Below, piece after piece: positions 27,636 through 40,387 of a stretch of DNA of 64,000 bases. The position numbers were made by a program, and so were the translations under genes. Source of the DNA: Magnetococcus sp. DMHC-6 (GTDB taxonomy: Bacteria; Pseudomonadota; Magnetococcia; Magnetococcales; JADFZT01). The notes under the pieces were generated by a model that worked only from the letters and a program-made list of their open reading frames with translations, searched no databases and was not told the DNA's origin. Where the stretch lies: positions 10,705 to 74,704 of the forward strand of contig JAMOAW010000027.1 of NCBI GenBank assembly GCA_039908535.1, in the 5' to 3' direction. Position 1 is the stretch's first letter, and each line of letters begins with the position of its first letter.

Positions 27636-28642
27636 ATGAAGGATCAACCCCCCTCTTTATTAAAACCAGAGGCTTGGCGTTTTCTGCTGGAGATCCTTGG
27701 GACCGATATAACCGTGGCACGCGCCTCTGAGGATGCCTCGTTTCGGAGTTATTATCGGGTTAGAATTCATGGTGGGAACTCTTTTATTTTAATGGATGCC
27801 CCACCAACTCATGAAGATGTCCGACCTTTTGTGGATATTGGCCGTTTTTTGTTTGAGCATGGGGTAAGTGTCCCCAAAATTTTAGCACAAAACGTGGAAA
27901 CTGGTCATCTTTTATTGGAAGATTTTGGTGATCAGACCTTTTTAAAAGCCTTGGCTGCGGGAGTCGAGGCCGAGGGGTTGTATCGACGGGCTGTGGAAAC
28001 CCTGGTCACCCTGCAGGCGACTCCATGGGACCACACCTGTTTAGCCCACTCCCGTCCCTATGATCGAGAATTATTGCATAGAGAATTGGCATTGTTTACC
28101 GATTGGTATGTGGAAGGGATTCTCAAGCGGCCCATCTCCCCTTCGGATCGGCAGCAGTTTGAGATGGTTTTTGCCGTGTTAATGGAGAATATTTTAGCTC
28201 AACCGGTCTGCTTGGTGCATCGGGATTATCACAGCCGCAATCTGATGTGGTGTGCGGGAGAGCGGGTTGGGGTGTTGGATTTTCAAGATGCGGTGATGGG
28301 ACCGGTGACCTATGATTTAGCCAGTCTGTTGCGGGATTGTTATGTGGCTTGGGAGGCCCCTTTTCGCAAAAGAGTGCAGAGGTATTGGTTGGAACATGCC
28401 CAGGATCCCTGGCACTATGGCCAGGATTGGTCTCGATTTGAGAAAGATTTTGATTGGATGGCCCTGCAGCGCAATCTTAAAGCGGTGGGAATTTTTGGCC
28501 GTCTCTCGTTGCGGGATGGCAAACATGGTTATTTGGCCGACATTCCCCGCACTCTGGGGTATGTCTGGGAGGTTTTACCCCGTTATCCGCAGTTAGAGCC
28601 GTTGCACGATCTGTTACAACGGTATATAGCGAGAGTAGAAGC

Positions 28643-28646
<4 letters not shown>
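27636..28646 (+). CDS. amgK: Aminoglycoside-phosphotransferase-fold sugar kinase (AmgK-like anomeric MurNAc/GlcNAc kinase)
   Basis: HRDYHSRNLM catalytic loop and DFQDA. GGAGG RBS before the ATG at 27636. The recalled tsaE-amgK-murU synteny supports the call. Confidence 0.6.
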
Positions 28647-30647
<2,001 letters not shown>

Positions 30648-30723
30648 AGAATATATCGGACTCGCTCAGGTGTTAACCCAAAGGGCAGTTGAAAAATAAT
30701 TGAGAGCAGGATCTCCTTCGGGG

Positions 30724-30862
30724 TACCTTGGGGGGGCGGAGAACCGCCCCCCAATCCCCCCCACCCTTTTTTTTTAATTCTTAAAAAAAAGAGGGGGTCT
30801 GGGGGATTCATCCCCCAGGGTTTTGCGTTTGATCTTTTGCCCGGAAGGGCATCATGTTCTAA
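30724..30862. repeat. Hairpin-repeat locus R7 (core A-B-C + F)
   Basis: Near-consensus core between convergent purB and the receiver gene. Confidence 0.9.
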
Positions 30863-30870
30863 CTGTCCTG

Positions 30871-31281
30871 TTAAGGGGTCTCTGCGGGGATCAGGTGGTA
30901 TTCCCGCAGTTTGGCTAATAAATGGCTGCGTATGATCGGTTTGGTTATATAATCGGTGCATCCTCCTTTGAAGAAGGCCTCCACCACCTGTTTTTCGGTA
31001 TCTAGGGCACTGACGATAAAGATGCTCGTCTCTTTGGAACCGGAGTACCCTTTCTCTTTTTCAAAGGCACGCATGGCAAACAGTGCCTCTTGGCCATTCA
31101 TGATAGGCATCATAATATCTAATAAAACAAGCTGATAAGGGGTTTTATCTTCTATGGCTAATTGAAAAATTTCGAGGGCTTCTCGACCATCTTTGGCAAA
31201 GTCATACTCTCCGAAAGGGGCCATGATTTGTGCTAGAACCTGTCTGTTGTTTTTTTCATCATCGACGATTAATATTTTCAT
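30871..31281 (-). CDS. Single-domain response regulator (CheY-like receiver)
   Basis: MKILIVDDE...LVLLDIMMPIMNG...KP receiver pattern. ATGA overlap with the upstream kinase. Confidence 0.85.
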   Translation of the reverse strand: MKILIVDDEKNNRQVLAQIMAPFGEYDFAKDGREALEIFQLAIEDKTPYQLVLLDIMMPIMNGQEALFAMRAFEKEKGYSGSKETSIFIVSALDTEKQVVEAFFKGGCTDYITKPIIRSHLLAKLREYHLIPAETP

Positions 31282-33755
31282 TTTTTTAAATCATTTTCCA
31301 GTTGGTGACACCATTTAAGAATATCGGGCTTGTTTTCTTTACGAACCGCCATCAAAAGACGTAAAGCCGTTTTAGACAAGTTTGGGTCTTCTAAATGTCC
31401 GACCATCTCTTTTGTGGTTTCTATTTCTTTGGTAAGGAGCTGCCAATCCCCCTTTTCTAAAGCTTGTTGCACGAAGATTAATTGATTTGCGATTTGAATT
31501 CTAGGGGGCGTATCAGAGAGGATAGATCTTTGTTCTGAGTGGATCGTGGTATCCAGATCAATTGTGCTTGGGCAGAGGATCATTTTAAGGTTGAGGGTCA
31601 AGCGCAAGATACGTTGTAACTCTTCTGGTCGGTATGGTTTAAAAATAAAATCGTTTGTCCCTGCCTGTCGAGCAAAGGTATTAAATGTGAGATGAGAAGA
31701 GGTTCCAATGATGGGAATGTTCGCAGGACAAGTGGATATTTGGCCAGATCGAATGGATTTTATGGTATGTAGACCATTCATTTCTGGGAGAGAGAGATCT
31801 ATCAGAAGAAGGTCGAAGGGTTCTGATTGTAGAAGGTGTCGGGTCTCTTGGCCATGGGAACAGGTATTGAGTTGATATCCTTTGATGGTTTGTAAGATTG
31901 ACAAGGCATGTTCACGGTCGTGAGGATGGTCATCTATGATGAGAATTTTAATCGGTTTGGTGGTGTATGATGGTAAGAGATGCCAATGAAAATTTTTTGC
32001 ATGAGAAGGTAAGGGGGTATTTTGAAAAATTTCATTGATGGTATCTATGAGACATAGTGGAGAGATGGGCTTGATGAGCGTGCGGGCGATCCCCAATTTT
32101 TCAGATAGAAGCAAATCATTTCGACGATGGTTGCCGGGCAATAAAAGTAGAATGGGTATGATTTGGTTCGAAAGATGGTTGAGATATTCTGCCAATTTGA
32201 CACCATTGCATTTTGGCAAACGACAATCCAACACAATGAGATCAAAATAAGGTTTGTTGTATTGAATGGCATTTTCTATAAGTTGCAACACGTCATACCC
32301 ATCGTTAGCCTCGACGATTTGCCCTCCAAACAGGGACAGTGTGCGGGAGAGTATTTTGCGGCTATTGGGATTGCCATCGGCGAGCAGAATATTTAGGCCA
32401 AAAAATTGCACTGCACTGGAAAGATAGGTTTGATTGAGGGGGTGAGAGCTGGGTTGGAAATCGACCGTAAAATGGAAGCGGCTTCCTTGCCCCTCCTGGC
32501 TTTCTACCCAAATGTTTCCCCGCATTTTTTCAACAAAACGTTTGCAAATAGCCAGTCCAAGCCCACTACCACCATATTTTCGGGTGGTGCTGCTGTCGGC
32601 CTGGATAAATTCTTCAAAGATGATTTGTTGTTTGTCAAAAGGAATACCAATGCCAGTATCGTGAATTTGAAAATAGAGGCACCATGGGAAAATATCTAAC
32701 TCTTTGCTCTCGTCCAAACTGACCAGGAGGGTGATTGTGCCTTTTTCGGTAAATTTAATGGCATTACCGATTAAATTGAGTAAAATTTGCCTTAATTTTG
32801 TCGGGTCACTGATGACTCGAATGGGCAGTTTAGGGTCGAGTGAGCAAATAAATTCGAGATTTTTTTTGTGTATTTGCGCAATTAAAACGGCACAACTCTC
32901 CCAGATCAACTTGTGAAGATCAAAATCGATCTGTTCAAATTCCATTCCCCCTGCATCAAATTTTGAGATATCCAAAATAGAGTTGAAAATGTGTAATAAG
33001 GTATTTCCAGATTGAACGACAATTTCTAGATTTTGTCTCTCCTGACTGGTCTGGGCGGTATCCAAAAGAAGGTCAGACAAACCGATAATGGCGTTTAAAG
33101 GGGTGCGGACTTCGTGACTCATGGTGGCTATAAAAATATTTTTTTTATGCAAAGCCTGCTCGACAGACTCTTTGGCTTGGCGCAGTTCATGGGTGCGCTC
33201 TTCTACGATGTGTTGGAGGTGATTGCGATGTCTTAAAAGTTCTATTTCGGCATGTTTGTGTTCAATAATGCCTGCTAGGGCGTGGACGATCATGGTGAGA
33301 TAGGTCTCGATTTCAGCATTCTGGATATGATTGTGTTCCACATACAAATTGAGGAGGCCAAGCATTTTTCCTTTTGACATCAGAGGATAACAATAATGAC
33401 CATGATTTTTAATGCCTTTAAACGAGATGTGATGCTGATCATCTAAAGCGTTTTTAAAAACCATCTCTTGCTTTTGGGCGGCAATACCACACAGGCAGGT
33501 GCCAAAGGGAATGCGTGCGCAGGCTTTTAGAAGATGATTATCTAGTCCAATATGGGTGACCATTTTCAAAACGTGCGGCTCTTGGGAATCGATTAAAAAG
33601 AGGCTTCCCTTGGCAAGCAAGGTCAACCAGTCGTTGGAAAGAATGAGTTGCAGGGCCTTTTCCATGAGTTCTTCTAAGCTGTAAGGCTCTAAAGCTAGTT
33701 CCAACAATTGGCTGACAACGACCAGGGCTTGTTCACGTCTTTCTTGATGGATCAT
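31278..33755 (-). CDS. Hybrid sensor histidine kinase (GAF - HisKA - HATPase - REC - REC)
   Basis: GAF-type FGTCLCGIAA, H-box MSHEVRTPLNAIIG, G2 box GGSGLGLAICKRF, and two receiver-like segments. Confidence 0.85.
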   Translation of the reverse strand: MIHQERREQALVVVSQLLELALEPYSLEELMEKALQLILSNDWLTLLAKGSLFLIDSQEPHVLKMVTHIGLDNHLLKACARIPFGTCLCGIAAQKQEMVFKNALDDQHHISFKGIKNHGHYCYPLMSKGKMLGLLNLYVEHNHIQNAEIETYLTMIVHALAGIIEHKHAEIELLRHRNHLQHIVEERTHELRQAKESVEQALHKKNIFIATMSHEVRTPLNAIIGLSDLLLDTAQTSQERQNLEIVVQSGNTLLHIFNSILDISKFDAGGMEFEQIDFDLHKLIWESCAVLIAQIHKKNLEFICSLDPKLPIRVISDPTKLRQILLNLIGNAIKFTEKGTITLLVSLDESKELDIFPWCLYFQIHDTGIGIPFDKQQIIFEEFIQADSSTTRKYGGSGLGLAICKRFVEKMRGNIWVESQEGQGSRFHFTVDFQPSSHPLNQTYLSSAVQFFGLNILLADGNPNSRKILSRTLSLFGGQIVEANDGYDVLQLIENAIQYNKPYFDLIVLDCRLPKCNGVKLAEYLNHLSNQIIPILLLLPGNHRRNDLLLSEKLGIARTLIKPISPLCLIDTINEIFQNTPLPSHAKNFHWHLLPSYTTKPIKILIIDDHPHDREHALSILQTIKGYQLNTCSHGQETRHLLQSEPFDLLLIDLSLPEMNGLHTIKSIRSGQISTCPANIPIIGTSSHLTFNTFARQAGTNDFIFKPYRPEELQRILRLTLNLKMILCPSTIDLDTTIHSEQRSILSDTPPRIQIANQLIFVQQALEKGDWQLLTKEIETTKEMVGHLEDPNLSKTALRLLMAVRKENKPDILKWCHQLENDLKK

Positions 33756-33997
33756 AGAGGGTATCCAAAAATTTTAGAGGTTTTTTGTTGATATGTTACA
33801 TTTTACCAGATTTTCCATGTTAACAGAAGATTGAAAACAAGATGCGTAAAATATTTTATTGTGGTAGATTTTAGAAAATCAATAAATGTTTAAGAGATGT
33901 TTTTTGTATTTGTATATATATATTGTTATGATAGTATTTAGTTTATTTTGTTTACTTTGTTTTGATGTTTTTTTAATAACGACTGTATGGGGCGGGG

Positions 33998-36172
33998 ATG
34001 ACTATGATAAAGAACGAAGATGAAAAGCCTAAGCTGTTGTTGGTGGATGATATGGTGGCCAACATTATGATGTTGCATGAGGTGTTGAAGGATGATTACC
34101 ATACCTATTTTGCTAAAGATGGGGTGTCTGCTCTGAAAGCCGCAGAGGATCGTTTACCTGATCTTATTTTGTTGGATATACATATGCCTGGCATGGATGG
34201 TATGGAGGTGTGCAGGCGTTTAAAGGCGGATTCGCAAACAGAGCGGATTCCCATTATTTTTATTACCTCTCTCTCCGAAACCCAAGATGAAACCGCTGGA
34301 TTAGAGTTGGGGGCGGTGGATTATATCACCAAGCCTTTTAATCCGACTGTTGTGCAACTTAGAGTCAAAAATCACATTGCTTTAAAAAAATATCAGGACC
34401 ATTTGGAAGAGTTGGTCCTGGAACGAACGGCCAAACTGCAAAAGGCCAAAGAGGAGGCCGAGTCGGCGGATCGCGCAAAAACCAAATTTTTGATGATCAT
34501 CAGCCACGAATTGCGTACCCCATTAAACAGCATTATTGGATTTTCTGAAAGTTTGTCCACTGTGTTGCAAGGGGAATCCAAAGAGTTGGCCGGGATGATC
34601 TATGACTCTGGAGTAAAATTAAATTCTATGGTTGGGAATATCCTGGATTTGGTCAAGTTGGAAAGTCAAAAGGTGCCCCTTGCCTGTCAACCTTTCCATG
34701 TCCGAGAATTGGTGCAGCAAACGGCTCGGCAGGTAGAAATGAAATATCAAGAAAAAGGGCTTGTTTTTGAAAGCGCATGTGCATTGGACGTTCCTGAATT
34801 TTTGCAAGGAGATGAAAAACGAATTCGGCAAGTACTCGGTCATTTACTGGATAACGCTTTTAAATTTACGGACAAGGGATCGGTCTATGTAAAAGTGGAA
34901 CGGGGACATGGGGAGGGGTATCGGGATCAACTGGTTTTTTCGGTTGAAGATACTGGTATTGGGATTCCCCAGGAGAAGTTAGATGACATATTTGGTTTTT
35001 TTACAATGTTGGCCGAGGATATGTATACCCAGCATAAGGGCGGGATCGGTATTGGTTTGGCGATTTGTAAAAGTGTTGTCAAACTTATGAATGGAAAAAT
35101 TTGGGTGAGCAGTAGGTCCACTGGTAGTGTGTTTTCTTTTTCTGTTTTATCTAAGAGTCGTTTGTTATGTCTGTTTGTATTCGGATTGATTGTGGGTGGT
35201 TGGCAAGGGGGGGCCGTTGCGGAAGATTCCTTGCGCGGACCGGCCTTTTCCGATCCAAAACAGCTCACCCCTATGCCAGAAGAGTGGCAAAAAAAGCCGA
35301 TTGAGTACGATGCCGAGGCCAAAAAGCTGCAAGCCGATGTGGTTATCACCCTGGATCAAGAGATTTTTTTGATGTTGGGCGACAAAATTATGGATTATGG
35401 CAAGAAAAAAGGGATTAAAATTGTTAATCAAGAGGGGACCTGCGGGATCTCAGACGGTTTTATGTTGAAAAAACAGGTAGATTTAGCGGGTTATTGTTGT
35501 GCACCAAGTACGTCGGCCCGTCTACCCACCCTCACGTATCGTACTCTTGGTATTGCCGCAAAGGTCTTTATCGTGCATCCCGATAATCCCGTCAATAACC
35601 TGACCGTAGAACAATTGCAAAAGATATATCAAGGCGAGTATGCCCGTTGGTCAGAGGTGAAAGGCTTGGAGGGAGCTCCCAATATTCCCATTCATGTCGT
35701 TGGTCGTCTCCATTGCAAGTTGCGCCCCGGTCATTGGCGTCTTCTGCTGGATTATGAAAATATGTTTAGTCCGCGCATGAAAGAGGTCAGCACCATTCCA
35801 GATGTCATCGCCGAAGTGATGGGTAACCCTGGTTCTATTGGGTATGATACCATGACCAATATCCTTCGTTTTCAAAAAAAGGATCACCCCCCCAAGGTTT
35901 TGAGAATGGAGGGGCAGACTCCTCATGATCTCGATGCCATTGCCAATTTGCGTTATCCTCTCTATCGGACGTTGGAGCTGGCCTCCTGGGAGGGCGAGGG
36001 GGTACGTAATCGTTACGTGGATGATTTAGAAGCTTTTATGTTGAAAGAGGCTGAATCTCTGGATCCAGAAAAATTTAGTTTTGTTCCCGCTTCCCTGATG
36101 CGTAAAACCGGTTGGCAGTTTGTGGGTGATGAAGCCGTGGGAGAACCTCCGGTTCAGAAAAATCAAAAATGA
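33998..36172 (+). CDS. REC - HisKA - HATPase protein fused in frame to a signal-peptide-like segment and a PstS-like periplasmic binding domain
   Basis: Receiver (LLVDD..LILLDIHMPGMDG). H-box ISHELRTPLNSIIG. GIGIGLAICKSVV..GSVFSFSV. Then SKSRLLCLFVFGLIVGGWQGGAVA|EDS. Then the PBP motif LTVEQLQKIYQGEYARWSEVKG. Confidence 0.8.
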   Translation: MTMIKNEDEKPKLLLVDDMVANIMMLHEVLKDDYHTYFAKDGVSALKAAEDRLPDLILLDIHMPGMDGMEVCRRLKADSQTERIPIIFITSLSETQDETAGLELGAVDYITKPFNPTVVQLRVKNHIALKKYQDHLEELVLERTAKLQKAKEEAESADRAKTKFLMIISHELRTPLNSIIGFSESLSTVLQGESKELAGMIYDSGVKLNSMVGNILDLVKLESQKVPLACQPFHVRELVQQTARQVEMKYQEKGLVFESACALDVPEFLQGDEKRIRQVLGHLLDNAFKFTDKGSVYVKVERGHGEGYRDQLVFSVEDTGIGIPQEKLDDIFGFFTMLAEDMYTQHKGGIGIGLAICKSVVKLMNGKIWVSSRSTGSVFSFSVLSKSRLLCLFVFGLIVGGWQGGAVAEDSLRGPAFSDPKQLTPMPEEWQKKPIEYDAEAKKLQADVVITLDQEIFLMLGDKIMDYGKKKGIKIVNQEGTCGISDGFMLKKQVDLAGYCCAPSTSARLPTLTYRTLGIAAKVFIVHPDNPVNNLTVEQLQKIYQGEYARWSEVKGLEGAPNIPIHVVGRLHCKLRPGHWRLLLDYENMFSPRMKEVSTIPDVIAEVMGNPGSIGYDTMTNILRFQKKDHPPKVLRMEGQTPHDLDAIANLRYPLYRTLELASWEGEGVRNRYVDDLEAFMLKEAESLDPEKFSFVPASLMRKTGWQFVGDEAVGEPPVQKNQK

Positions 36173-36190
36173 GATGGGTTACATTTTAAG

Positions 36191-36430
36191 GTATCGGAAA
36201 AATAAAAAATCAAGACCTTGGGGGCGGAGAACCGCCCCCAACACCCCCACCCTTTTTTTTTATTAAAAGAAAAAAGGGGGCTGGGGGAGTGCCCCCAGGT
36301 TTTTTTTTTGACTTTTTACCCGAAGGGCATCATGTATGAACCAAGAGCTTGGGGGGGCGAATCTCCTCTGAAACAACCGGGGGCCCCCCAATCCCCCCTT
36401 TTTTTTGCTTAACTTATTTAAAAAAAAGAG
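36191..36430. repeat. Hairpin-repeat locus R8 (core A-B-C + F + second degenerate A-B)
   Basis: gtatcggaaaaataaaaaatcaagaccttgggggcggagaaccgcccccaa ... ttacccgaagggcatcatgtatg ... cttgggggggcga..ccccccaatcccccc-T9..A8gagg. Confidence 0.9.
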
Positions 36431-36441
36431 GTTTAAATTCC

Positions 36442-39400
36442 ATGTTGGATGACTTTTCTGGCCCGGTTCGATTGCCGCGACTTTCCATCTTTTGGAAAAT
36501 GATGTGGATTAATCTGCTGGTGGGTGGGGTCTCTTTTGTTATTATCTTTGCTTGGCAGTCGCAGTTTTCAGAGTTTTTTTTTCAGGAACATCTGCGCGAT
36601 GAGTTGGAAGTGCAAGGCAAAATTCATCGGTCGGATTTTGATCATCGTGTGCGGACGTTGATGAGTGCCATGGCCATCTATGCCGACCACACGAATTTAT
36701 ATCGTTATTTGAGTCAACGCCTAACGACCGGTGCGCAAAAGTCACCGGTCGTAGTCCATCGTCGTTTGCCTGCTTGGATGCCGCCCGCCTCGTTGGTGCG
36801 GGCGATTACCCAGCCCACCTTTTTGTTGTTAACCGATGCCGAACAACATCTCCAAGAATTGTATCGCAATGGGGATGAGGCGACTACTCCCGATTTTATT
36901 TCCTTACTCGCCACCCCTTTGGCGTATTATACGGTTGGCAAGATGACCATGCTTGGGGATGTGGCCAGCCTTATTGTTGCGAAAGAGGTTCGGGATGAAA
37001 ACGATCGACTGTTGGCCTATTTGGTCAGTATTACCTATTTGGATGATTATTTTTTGAAAGAGGCTTTGCAAATTTCTGAAGATGGACCTATCGCGCTTCT
37101 GTGGAACAATGCAACCCAAAAAATAATTGCCAGTAGCGATCCCAGTCGTATCCATGCAGGTATGGCGGTGGGGGAGATTGAGGAGCGGTATTATCTGGTT
37201 AAGAAAAATTTTTTTGACGATGCCTCGGATCTTCTTGTGACTTTTGCTTCTGGTGTGGTCAAGAAAGCGGAAGACGAGCAGGTGCAACGCTTGAAGGGTC
37301 AGTTTAGTCGTTTTAGCCTTTTATTGGAAGCTGCTTTTATTTTTGTCTCTTTATTGGTCACCTTTTCGATCTCTTTTGGAATTCGTCGGTTAACGCACCA
37401 TGTGATTGGATATACACAGCACTCTTTAGACTCTTTTGTTGGTTGCCAAATGGATGTGGCCCCGTTTCGGGGCTGGAAAGAGTTGATTGAGTTGGCTATG
37501 AGTTTTAATTTATTGACCAACCGCTTGCGGGAGAAGCATCTCACCCAGGAGCAGTTGATGGGGGAATTACATCAAGCCAAAGTCACGGCCGATGCGGCCA
37601 ATCGTTCCAAGTCGGAATTTTTGGCCAATATGAGCCATGAAATCAGAACGCCGATGAACGCCATTATTGGTTTGGGCCATTTGTTGAGTAAGACCAAGTT
37701 GACGGCTAAGCAATTTGATTATGTCACCAAAATGAGTGCCTCTTCCCATGGTTTGCTTGGGATTATCAATGATATTTTGGATTTTTCTAAGATCGAAGCG
37801 GGCAAGTTGCAATTGGAAGAGGTTGAGTTGGACCTGGATATGGTGTTGGAACAGTTGGCCAATATTATCTCCATCCGTACTGAAGAAAAAGGGTTGGAAC
37901 TTTTGTTTGATATCCATCCAGAGGTTCCGCGTCGCCTGCTAGGGGATCCGTTGCGCGTGGGGCAGATATTGCTCAATCTGGCCACCAACGCCGTTAAATT
38001 TACTCATCAAGGGGAGATAGTTGTTTTTATAAAGGTTAACTCCTGCGATGAGGAGAGGAGTACCTTGTTGTTTGGTGTTCGTGATACGGGTATTGGTCTC
38101 ACACCAGAACAACTCCAGACGCTGTTTCGTCCCTTTCAACAAGCCGATTCTTCCACAACACGCCAATTTGGTGGTACGGGGTTAGGACTCTCTATTTGTC
38201 GTTATCTCGTTGAACAGATGGGCGGTGAGATTTGGGTCGAGAGCCAACTGGGTATGGGTTCGACTTTTTATTTTACGGCACAATTTAAAAATGTGGTCCA
38301 GGCACAGCCTAGGTTATGCAAAATTTCTCCAGACTTACATGGGAATCGGGTGTTGGTTGTGGATGACAACCCTGTGGCTTTGATGGTTCTTGGTAACTAT
38401 TTAGAGGCTATGAGCTTTCGGGTCGAACGGGTCTCTTCTGGCCAAGAGGCGTTGACACAATTGGTTGAATCATATCAAAAAAATGATGTCTTTGAAGTGG
38501 TTTTTATGGATTGGAAGATGCCAGTTATGGATGGCATCCAGACCATTCAGCAGATTCGCAACCATCCTGGAATTTTTCAACCGGTCTGTATCATGGTGTC
38601 GGGTTATGGCCTTGAGGAGATGCGGGAGCGATTGGCAGAGGAGGGATTTGTCAATGGATATTTGACAAAACCGGTCACCTCTTCGCAATTGTATAACTCT
38701 ATTTTGGCAGCCATGCGTGGGGAGGATTTGACCAGAACGGGCGAGGTTGGCAGGAATTCTATTTATTTTCCCGATCCAATCCGGTTCCGAGGGGTGCGGG
38801 TGTTGTTGGCAGAGGACAATCGGGTGAATCAACAGGTGGCCATGGAGATTTTGCAAGAGGCCCAGATTCGGGTGGATATAGCGCAAAATGGCTTAGAGGT
38901 GGTGAAAAAGGTGTTTGAACAGATGCAGCCCCCCTACGATGCCATTCTTATGGATATTCATATGCCGTTGATGGACGGCTTAACTGCGACGCAAACCATT
39001 CTTGCGCGTTTTCCAAAATTTTCTACCCCTATCATTGCCATGACCGCCAGTGCCATGAAACAGGATATAGATGCCTGTTTGGCGGTGGGGATGGCGGCAC
39101 ATGTGGCTAAACCGATTGATGTGCGTCAGCTATTTGTTCTTTTGGAGCGATTTGTTGAACGCAAAGAAGAGGCCGATATTCCCTTGGATGAGGCCATTCG
39201 TCCATCCAATACGGTGGGTGGATTGGCCGAAATTTTGACTGGGGATTTTCCTGGATTGAATATTTCAGAAGGGCTTAAACGAATTTATGGCAATGAGTCG
39301 GTGTATTTGCAATTATTGCAAATTTTTCAAGATGAGGAGGCGGCAACTTCTTTAAAATTGGACCAATTGCTGCAACAAAATTTATTTGCAGACGCCGTGT

Positions 39401-39831
39401 CCGTGCTGCATGGCGTGAAAGGGGTGGCGGGAAATTTGGGGGCTTTGGATTTACAATCGGTGTCGGCTCGGTTGGAAAAATTTTTAAAATCCACTCCCCA
39501 TGCCGATGTTGACGCCCTAGTGACTTCTTTTCAGCTCTCTTTGGCCACAGTTTTGGAGAGCATCCAGAAAATTTTATTTTTGGTTAAACAAGAAAAAACA
39601 CGTAACCAAGCAGACGTGGTTTTGGATGTGGTGGAGCCATTCTCAATCGAAGGGGTGCAGAAGTTGCGTTTTTTATTGGAAAAACAGGATTTGGGCGCGG
39701 AAAATTTGTTAAATATTTTAAGGCCTGGGTTGATCGGGGCTGGATTTTCTAGGGAAGTGGATCAATTGACTAAGGCGATGGGCCAACTCAATTTTTCCGA
39801 GGCGATCCAAATTTTAGATCACATGAAATAA
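36442..39831 (+). CDS. Hybrid sensor histidine kinase (periplasmic domain - HisKA - HATPase - REC - REC - Hpt)
   Basis: AAGAGG RBS and ATG at 36442; the track start at 36349 lies inside repeat R8. H-box [14 protein letters not shown]. Two receivers. Hpt motif [13 protein letters not shown]. Confidence 0.85.
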   Translation: MLDDFSGPVRLPRLSIFWKMMWINLLVGGVSFVIIFAWQSQFSEFFFQEHLRDELEVQGKIHRSDFDHRVRTLMSAMAIYADHTNLYRYLSQRLTTGAQKSPVVVHRRLPAWMPPASLVRAITQPTFLLLTDAEQHLQELYRNGDEATTPDFISLLATPLAYYTVGKMTMLGDVASLIVAKEVRDENDRLLAYLVSITYLDDYFLKEALQISEDGPIALLWNNATQKIIASSDPSRIHAGMAVGEIEERYYLVKKNFFDDASDLLVTFASGVVKKAEDEQVQRLKGQFSRFSLLLEAAFIFVSLLVTFSISFGIRRLTHHVIGYTQHSLDSFVGCQMDVAPFRGWKELIELAMSFNLLTNRLREKHLTQEQLMGELHQAKVTADAANRSKSEFLANMSHEIRTPMNAIIGLGHLLSKTKLTAKQFDYVTKMSASSHGLLGIINDILDFSKIEAGKLQLEEVELDLDMVLEQLANIISIRTEEKGLELLFDIHPEVPRRLLGDPLRVGQILLNLATNAVKFTHQGEIVVFIKVNSCDEERSTLLFGVRDTGIGLTPEQLQTLFRPFQQADSSTTRQFGGTGLGLSICRYLVEQMGGEIWVESQLGMGSTFYFTAQFKNVVQAQPRLCKISPDLHGNRVLVVDDNPVALMVLGNYLEAMSFRVERVSSGQEALTQLVESYQKNDVFEVVFMDWKMPVMDGIQTIQQIRNHPGIFQPVCIMVSGYGLEEMRERLAEEGFVNGYLTKPVTSSQLYNSILAAMRGEDLTRTGEVGRNSIYFPDPIRFRGVRVLLAEDNRVNQQVAMEILQEAQIRVDIAQNGLEVVKKVFEQMQPPYDAILMDIHMPLMDGLTATQTILARFPKFSTPIIAMTASAMKQDIDACLAVGMAAHVAKPIDVRQLFVLLERFVERKEEADIPLDEAIRPSNTVGGLAEILTGDFPGLNISEGLKRIYGNESVYLQLLQIFQDEEAATSLKLDQLLQQNLFADAVSVLHGVKGVAGNLGALDLQSVSARLEKFLKSTPHADVDALVTSFQLSLATVLESIQKILFLVKQEKTRNQADVVLDVVEPFSIEGVQKLRFLLEKQDLGAENLLNILRPGLIGAGFSREVDQLTKAMGQLNFSEAIQILDHMK

Positions 39832-39834
39832 ACG

Positions 39835-40026
39835 GCACCACCACACTTAACCGTGGTCATCTGTTTTTTGATTGATTAAATGCCCCCAGGGTTTGGTTTT
39901 TGTTTTTGATCTTGCTTTTGACCTCGGTTTTGCTTTTTTCAAAAAGCAGGGGGATTGGGGGATGCAATCCCCCAAGGTCTTGACTTTGCTTTTTGTTCAG
40001 GCACTCGTTAATCATCCACACTTAAA
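39835..40026. mobile_element. Second copy of the TIR element seen at 9641-9864 (locus R9), right end truncated
   Basis: GGCACCACCACACTTAACCGTGGTcatctgttttttgatt ... gttcaggcactcgttaatcatccacacttaaa. Collinear with 9641-9852, with an internal deletion. The right TIR stops after cttaaa. Confidence 0.75.
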
Positions 40027-40043
40027 CTATAGGCATTTTGAAC

Positions 40044-40277
40044 TTATTTTGGAGAGAGAATTCGTGAGGCTTGATCCAGCACATCCTCGCTCATTTTGCG
40101 ATTGGCTTTGCGGGTTTCGCGTTTGATTTTGTCATAGATCTCTTCTCGATGCACTTGCACTGTGCGAGGGGCTTCTATGCCAATGCGCACTTGGTTGCCT
40201 TTGATGCCGAGCAAGGTGATTTTAATTTCATCACCGATGTTTAAGCTTTCGCCGATTCTTCTGGTCAAGATTAACAT
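40044..40277 (-). CDS. csrA: Carbon storage regulator CsrA (long, FliW-partner type)
   Basis: [48 protein letters not shown] plus a ~25-aa C-terminal extension. GGGGGA RBS. Confidence 0.95.
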   Translation of the reverse strand: MLILTRRIGESLNIGDEIKITLLGIKGNQVRIGIEAPRTVQVHREEIYDKIKRETRKANRKMSEDVLDQASRILSPK

Positions 40278-40387
40278 TTAATATTCCCCCTTAATAAAAT
40301 AAGAGCTTCCGTGTGAACGGGGGTTAGACTCCTTGTGATCACAATTGATAAATAATTTTTTTTTTGGCACAGCCTATTCTCCCCCCA

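Noticed and set aside
36349-36441. Track start of the 1160-aa kinase ORF at 36349.
   Set aside because: The first 31 codons are translated from repeat R8. The ATG at 36442 has an AAGAGG RBS and is followed by the first TM segment.
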